A DNA stretch of 64,000 bases from positions 102,656-166,655 of the forward strand of contig JAFZGA010000005.1 in NCBI GenBank assembly GCA_017555585.1, read 5' to 3'. Shown one piece after another: positions 58,085-64,000 of this stretch. Under the pieces are notes generated by a model that was not told the origin of the DNA, did no database searches, and was given only the letters and a program-made list of their open reading frames with translations. How positions within the stretch are numbered: position 1 is the first letter of the stretch; every line of letters starts with the position of its first letter. The translations under genes and the position numbers were made by a program. Origin of the DNA: Bacteroidaceae bacterium. Its GTDB lineage: Bacteria > Bacteroidota > Bacteroidia > Bacteroidales > Bacteroidaceae.

Positions 58085-58960
58085 TTATTTGCAATAATAC
58101 TTCAGCCAGTTTCCGAACAGTAGCCTTGCTGTGGCTTGCCAGCGGTTTACGGGTTCGTTGGCTGGGTTGTTGTCGCGGTAGTAGTTCAATGGCAACTCAA
58201 TGGGTAGCCCTTTTGCCACGTCACGTTTGTACTCGCCGTCAAGGGTGTAGAGGGCATATTCGGAGTGTCCTGTTATAAAGAAATCCTTTGTCCCCTTTTC
58301 CTGCATAATATACACTCCCGAAAGTTCTGATTCCGAAAGCAGTTCAAGCCTTTCTTCTGCTACAATATCCTCGCGGTGCAACTCCGTGTGACGGCTGTGA
58401 GGAACATATATTGGCTCTTCAATACCTTCAAACAATGGTATCTCTGGCTTTGCAATAGTATGTGGGAATATACCGAACATCTTTGACGGGAGCAGATATT
58501 TATGTATTCCGAATTTCTGATACACACCAGCCTGTGCAGCCCAGCAGATATACAGCGTCGATGTGACGTTCTTTCTTGCCCATTCGAATATTTCGCATAG
58601 TTCAGGCCAGTATGTCACCTCTTCGTACTCGATCTTTTCAATCGGTGCGCCTGTGATTATCAACCCATCGAAACGGCTGTTCCTAACCTCGTTGAATGAT
58701 GTGTAGTAACGGCTCATATGTTCGGGGCTTGCATGTTTTGGCGTGTGGGTGTCGAGCTTGAGCAGTGTAAGTTCAATCTCTTCGTCCGATGTAGCAAGCA
58801 GGCGTATGAAGTCTGCCTCTGTGGTCTCCTTCATCGGCATTATGTTGAGCAGTGCTATACGCAAGGTACGTGCAGTAGGTGTTTCTAACACCTTCACTGC
58901 ACTTCCTTCGTCTATTACGTTCTGTAATGCCGGTAATCCGGCAGGTACTTTTATTGGCAT
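58085..58960 (-). CDS. metA: homoserine O-acyltransferase, MetA type
   Basis: 291 aa. It starts MPIKVPAGLPA...LRIALLNIMPMKETTE, and the Cys context is LYICWAAQAG. Confidence 0.9.
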   Translation of the reverse strand: MPIKVPAGLPALQNVIDEGSAVKVLETPTARTLRIALLNIMPMKETTEADFIRLLATSDEEIELTLLKLDTHTPKHASPEHMSRYYTSFNEVRNSRFDGLIITGAPIEKIEYEEVTYWPELCEIFEWARKNVTSTLYICWAAQAGVYQKFGIHKYLLPSKMFGIFPHTIAKPEIPLFEGIEEPIYVPHSRHTELHREDIVAEERLELLSESELSGVYIMQEKGTKDFFITGHSEYALYTLDGEYKRDVAKGLPIELPLNYYRDNNPANEPVNRWQATARLLFGNWLKYYCK

Positions 58961-58972
58961 TGTTGTTGTCTG

Positions 58973-60997
58973 TTACCAAATTCTCAATCGCTCTTCGGCA
59001 GGTACGAACATCGGGTCATTCTCTGTAATGCCGAATGCAGTGTACCACTCGTCAATGTGTGGAAGAGTACCGTTCACTCTCCAGCGTGAAAGCGAGTGAG
59101 GGTCGCTCTTTGTGAGGTTACGTGCCTCTTCGTCGCGGATATTGCCGGCCCATACGTTAGAGTATGAGAGGTAGAAGCGCTGTTCGGCTGTGAAGCCGTC
59201 CTTTTCGGGTAGTGGGTTATCCTTAGTTGCATTCTGGAATGCCTGCATAGCGATAGTCAATCCGCCGTGGTCCGCAATGTTCTCGCCAACAGTGAGCTGT
59301 CCGTTTGCTTTAAGTCCCGGAAGAACTTCGATATTGTTGAAGAAGTCGATGATAACCTGTGTGCGTTCGTTGAAGCTCTTGCTGTCCTCTTCGGTCCACC
59401 AGTTTGCGAAGTTACCGTCCTTGTCGAACTGACGGCCTTGGTCGTCGAATCCGTGAGTCATCTCGTGGCCGATTACAACACCGATAGCTCCGTAGTTGAA
59501 TGCATCATCCTCGTTCATATCGAAGAAAGGATATTGAAGAATGCCGGCAGGGAAGCAGATCTCGTTTGTTGTCGGGTTGTAATATGCGTTTACGGTCTGT
59601 GGTGTCATGAACCATTTGGTACGGTCTACAGGTTTGCCCCAGTTCTCCTCGACATGCTTTTCCCAACCAAACTCTGACATCTTGCGGCAGTTCTCATAGT
59701 AGCTCAATGCTGGGTCGATAGCGAGCTTGCTGTAGTCCTCCCACTTGTCGGGATAACCGATCTTTACAGTGAAAGTGTTCAATTTCTCATGAGCGGCTTT
59801 TTTTGTCTCATCGCTCATCCACTCCTGTGCGTCGATGCGCTGTCCCAAAGCAACCTGCAGGTTCTTTACAAGCTGTGTCATGCGCTCTTTGGCAGCAGGC
59901 GGGAAGTGCTTTTCAACATATAGCTCACCGATGATATCGCCCAATGCACCGTTTACAGCTTCAAGTGCGCGTTTCCAACGTGGCTGCTGTACTTTCTTGC
60001 CACTTATTACGGTGCCGTAGAAAGCAAATGTTTCAGCCTCGATTTCGTCGCTCAACTCATTTGATGTCGAACGCATGGCTCTCCATTGCAGGTATGCGAT
60101 GAGTTCCTCCATAGGAGTGTCGTTGATAATGGCAACAGCTTCCTTGATGGCTTCGGGGTGCGCAAGGTTAACTTCTTTGATGCCGTTGATGCCCAACGCA
60201 TTGTAGAATGCGCTCCAGTCGAATCCTGGAATCTGTCTGTTCAGTTCGTCGAATGTGATTTTGTGGTAGCTGTTGAGCGGATTGCGACGCTCTACGCGGC
60301 TAAGGTGTTTTGCCGCTATGCGTGTCTCTATTTTCATTACAGCTTCCATCTTGTTTTGTGCCTCAGCCTCGCTGAAACCGTATATCTTGAACATGTTCAC
60401 TACATATTCGCGGAACTTGGTGCGGATATTTTCCGATACTTCGTCACTGTCGCTGTAGTACTCCTTTTCGGGTAGTGATATTCCACCTTGGTATATGCCA
60501 AGCTGATTATTGTCGCTGTTCATGATATCTGTTCCGACACCTGTACCGAACATTCCGCCGATACCTGTGCGGCAGTTCTTTGCCAAAAGCATCGCAATGT
60601 CGCTTCTCTCCTTGAGCGAAGCTATTTCGTCAATCAGAGGTTTGATGGGCGATACACCCTCGCTGTTGCGGCGTGTACTGTCCATAACCATATTGTACAA
60701 GTCGCCAACTTTCTGTGCATTACTTCCCGGTTCGCTCTTCTTTGCAGCTTGCTCAAGCACAAGGACTTTCAACTGTTCGCGGTTGTTTTCGCGCAGAGCG
60801 TCAAACTGTCCGTAGCGTGCATATTCGTCGGTCAGCGGATTTGCTTTTCTCCAACCACCTGTAGCATACTCGAAAAAGTCTATTCCGGGTGCATAAGTGG
60901 TATCCATGTTTGCCAATAGTCTTGATTCCATTCTTTCATTTGTTGTGCATGCTCCAAGCGCTGTGGCAAGAGCCATGCAGATGATTGATTTTTTCAT
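58973..60997 (-). CDS. M13 family metallopeptidase (PepO / endothelin-converting-enzyme-like) lipoprotein
   Basis: 674 aa with the lipobox ALGACTT, the HExxH motif VIGHEMTHGFD and the downstream GENIADHGG. Confidence 0.9.
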   Translation of the reverse strand: MKKSIICMALATALGACTTNERMESRLLANMDTTYAPGIDFFEYATGGWRKANPLTDEYARYGQFDALRENNREQLKVLVLEQAAKKSEPGSNAQKVGDLYNMVMDSTRRNSEGVSPIKPLIDEIASLKERSDIAMLLAKNCRTGIGGMFGTGVGTDIMNSDNNQLGIYQGGISLPEKEYYSDSDEVSENIRTKFREYVVNMFKIYGFSEAEAQNKMEAVMKIETRIAAKHLSRVERRNPLNSYHKITFDELNRQIPGFDWSAFYNALGINGIKEVNLAHPEAIKEAVAIINDTPMEELIAYLQWRAMRSTSNELSDEIEAETFAFYGTVISGKKVQQPRWKRALEAVNGALGDIIGELYVEKHFPPAAKERMTQLVKNLQVALGQRIDAQEWMSDETKKAAHEKLNTFTVKIGYPDKWEDYSKLAIDPALSYYENCRKMSEFGWEKHVEENWGKPVDRTKWFMTPQTVNAYYNPTTNEICFPAGILQYPFFDMNEDDAFNYGAIGVVIGHEMTHGFDDQGRQFDKDGNFANWWTEEDSKSFNERTQVIIDFFNNIEVLPGLKANGQLTVGENIADHGGLTIAMQAFQNATKDNPLPEKDGFTAEQRFYLSYSNVWAGNIRDEEARNLTKSDPHSLSRWRVNGTLPHIDEWYTAFGITENDPMFVPAEERLRIW

Positions 60998-61010
60998 TAT
61001 AATATATTTA

Positions 61011-62939
<1,929 letters not shown>

Positions 62940-63100
62940 AATTCCTATATTTTATAATGTATATACTATGTGGTCTCAAAATTACTCTTTTATGACGAAA
63001 AATAAAAATCAGCCATGCTCTCAACTTTAAAATTCCTGTGTTTTTTCATTTTTTTTTAAAATTTTGCAAAAAAAAGTCTGAAATGCTTGCATGTAATCAA

Positions 63101-63126
63101 AAACCATTATATATTTGCAATGGTTT
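63101..63126 (+). promoter_or_regulatory. -7 box (TATATTTG) bracketed by an 8-bp inverted repeat: candidate Fur/PerR operator
   Basis: AAACCATT-atatatttgc-AATGGTTT. The -7 box lies at 63110..63117, inside the spacer, about 50 nt upstream of the regulator ATG. Confidence 0.45.
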
Positions 63127-63166
63127 CAGAAATGAAATATAAAAAACAGTAAGAACAGAAATAATT

Positions 63167-63583
63167 ATGGTATCAAGAGCAGAACTAAAAGAGGAATTGA
63201 CAAAGGCTGGTATCCGTCCTTCGGTGCAGCGTCTTGCAATCTTCGAATATGTGCGCAACAGTTGTCAGCACCCTACTGCCGAAGTTGTATACGAGGCTTT
63301 GCACGATGAACTTGGATCTCTCTCCTTGACTACGGTTTATAACACATTGAAGCTCTTTGTCGATGCAGGTCTTATTCAGATGTTGACCATTGATGATACA
63401 TTCCGTTGCTTTGACGGTGATTGTAGCAATCATGCTCACTTTCTATGCAACAGATGTGGAAAGATAATGGACTTCGGTATAAAGAAGGATTTTCTATCAA
63501 TGGTTGAGGGTCTTGAAGGGCTTGAGATTACCGATGCGCAGCTGTACCTTAAAGGATTCTGTCCAAAGTGTTCAAAGAAATAA
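63167..63583 (+). CDS. Fur family transcriptional regulator (PerR-like by context)
   Basis: 138 aa with a winged-helix N-terminus ([13 protein letters not shown]), HAHF, and the structural Zn motifs CNRCG and CPKC. It lies directly upstream of rubrerythrin. Confidence 0.8.
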   Translation: MVSRAELKEELTKAGIRPSVQRLAIFEYVRNSCQHPTAEVVYEALHDELGSLSLTTVYNTLKLFVDAGLIQMLTIDDTFRCFDGDCSNHAHFLCNRCGKIMDFGIKKDFLSMVEGLEGLEITDAQLYLKGFCPKCSKK

Positions 63584-63624
63584 AAAAGTATAAGATAATA
63601 ATAAACAATTTAAATTTTACGACT

Positions 63625-64000
63625 ATGAAAAAGTATATTTGTTCAGTATGTGGTTATATACATGAAGGTGAATCAGCTCCAGAGCGTTGTCCAATGTGTA
63701 AGGTTCCTGCAGAGAAGTTCAATGAGTTGCAGGAGGGTCCAATCCAGTTTGTTCAGGAGCATGTTATCGGTGTAGCAAAAGGGTGCGACGATGAGATGAT
63801 CAAGGATCTCAACAACCACTTCATCGGTGAGTGTACTGAGGTTGGTATGTATCTTGCAATGAGCCGTCAGGCTGACCGTGAGGGTTATCCTGAGATTGCA
63901 GAGGCTTTCAAGCGTTACGCATGGGAAGAGGCTGAGCATGCAGCTAAGTTCGCAGAGCTTTTGGGTGACTGTGTTTGGGATACAAAGACAAACCTTGACA
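63625..64000 (+). CDS. rubrerythrin, reverse domain order (N-terminal rubredoxin-like, C-terminal ferritin-like); 3' end outside the window
   Basis: It was hand-translated because the frame has no stop within the window: [32 protein letters not shown]... then ...[46 protein letters not shown] (ExxH di-iron motif). Confidence 0.8.
   Translation, partial: MKKYICSVCGYIHEGESAPERCPMCKVPAEKFNELQEGPIQFVQEHVIGVAKGCDDEMIKDLNNHFIGECTEVGMYLAMSRQADREGYPEIAEAFKRYAWEEAEHAAKFAELLGDCVWDTKTNLD

Overview
The window reads as a Bacteroidales-type chromosomal segment (Prevotella/Porphyromonas-like, lineage not verified). It holds about 48 tightly packed protein-coding genes. I recognised no rRNA, tRNA, CRISPR array, transposase or integrase. 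The phylum call rests on recurrent TAnnTTTG -7 promoter boxes, a T9SS C-terminal sorting domain, BACON-like and DUF5683-like domains, an S46 dipeptidyl-peptidase, Ddh, and a MurF-Alr fusion. Most genes are housekeeping: pnp, greA, ddh, dxs, trkAH, rpoN, class-3 fbp, purE, long-form ispG, topB, mutAB, metA, sppA and two ABC-F paralogs. Envelope and secreted functions include a GH20 hexosaminidase, an M13 peptidase, a ~1510-aa T9SS-sorted papain-like multidomain protein, and a lipoprotein/DUF5683/Ig-repeat operon. Items most worth a second look: (1) A minus-strand two-gene cassette at 28263..30219 pairs a compact ABC-type ATPase with a DUF4435/TOPRIM-like protein. It is a PARIS-like candidate defence module sitting alone between trkAH and udk-rpoN, and may be a divergent minimal variant. 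(2) At 16131..16435 a consensus -7 box is followed by a ~290-nt structured RNA with three mutually exclusive helices and an intrinsic terminator, just upstream of the surface-protein operon. It could be a riboswitch-like leader or an sRNA, and it matches no RNA class I can recognise. (3) An ~85-nt promoter/leader module with an AAACTTT/AAAGTTT palindrome is duplicated upstream of mutAB and of the T9SS protease gene. (4) A 426-nt in-frame tandem duplication has patchy near-identity. (5) Candidate operators overlap the perR-rubrerythrin promoter and the ABC/GntR operon promoter. All functional calls come from motif recognition by eye on the supplied translations. No database search or folding computation was run.
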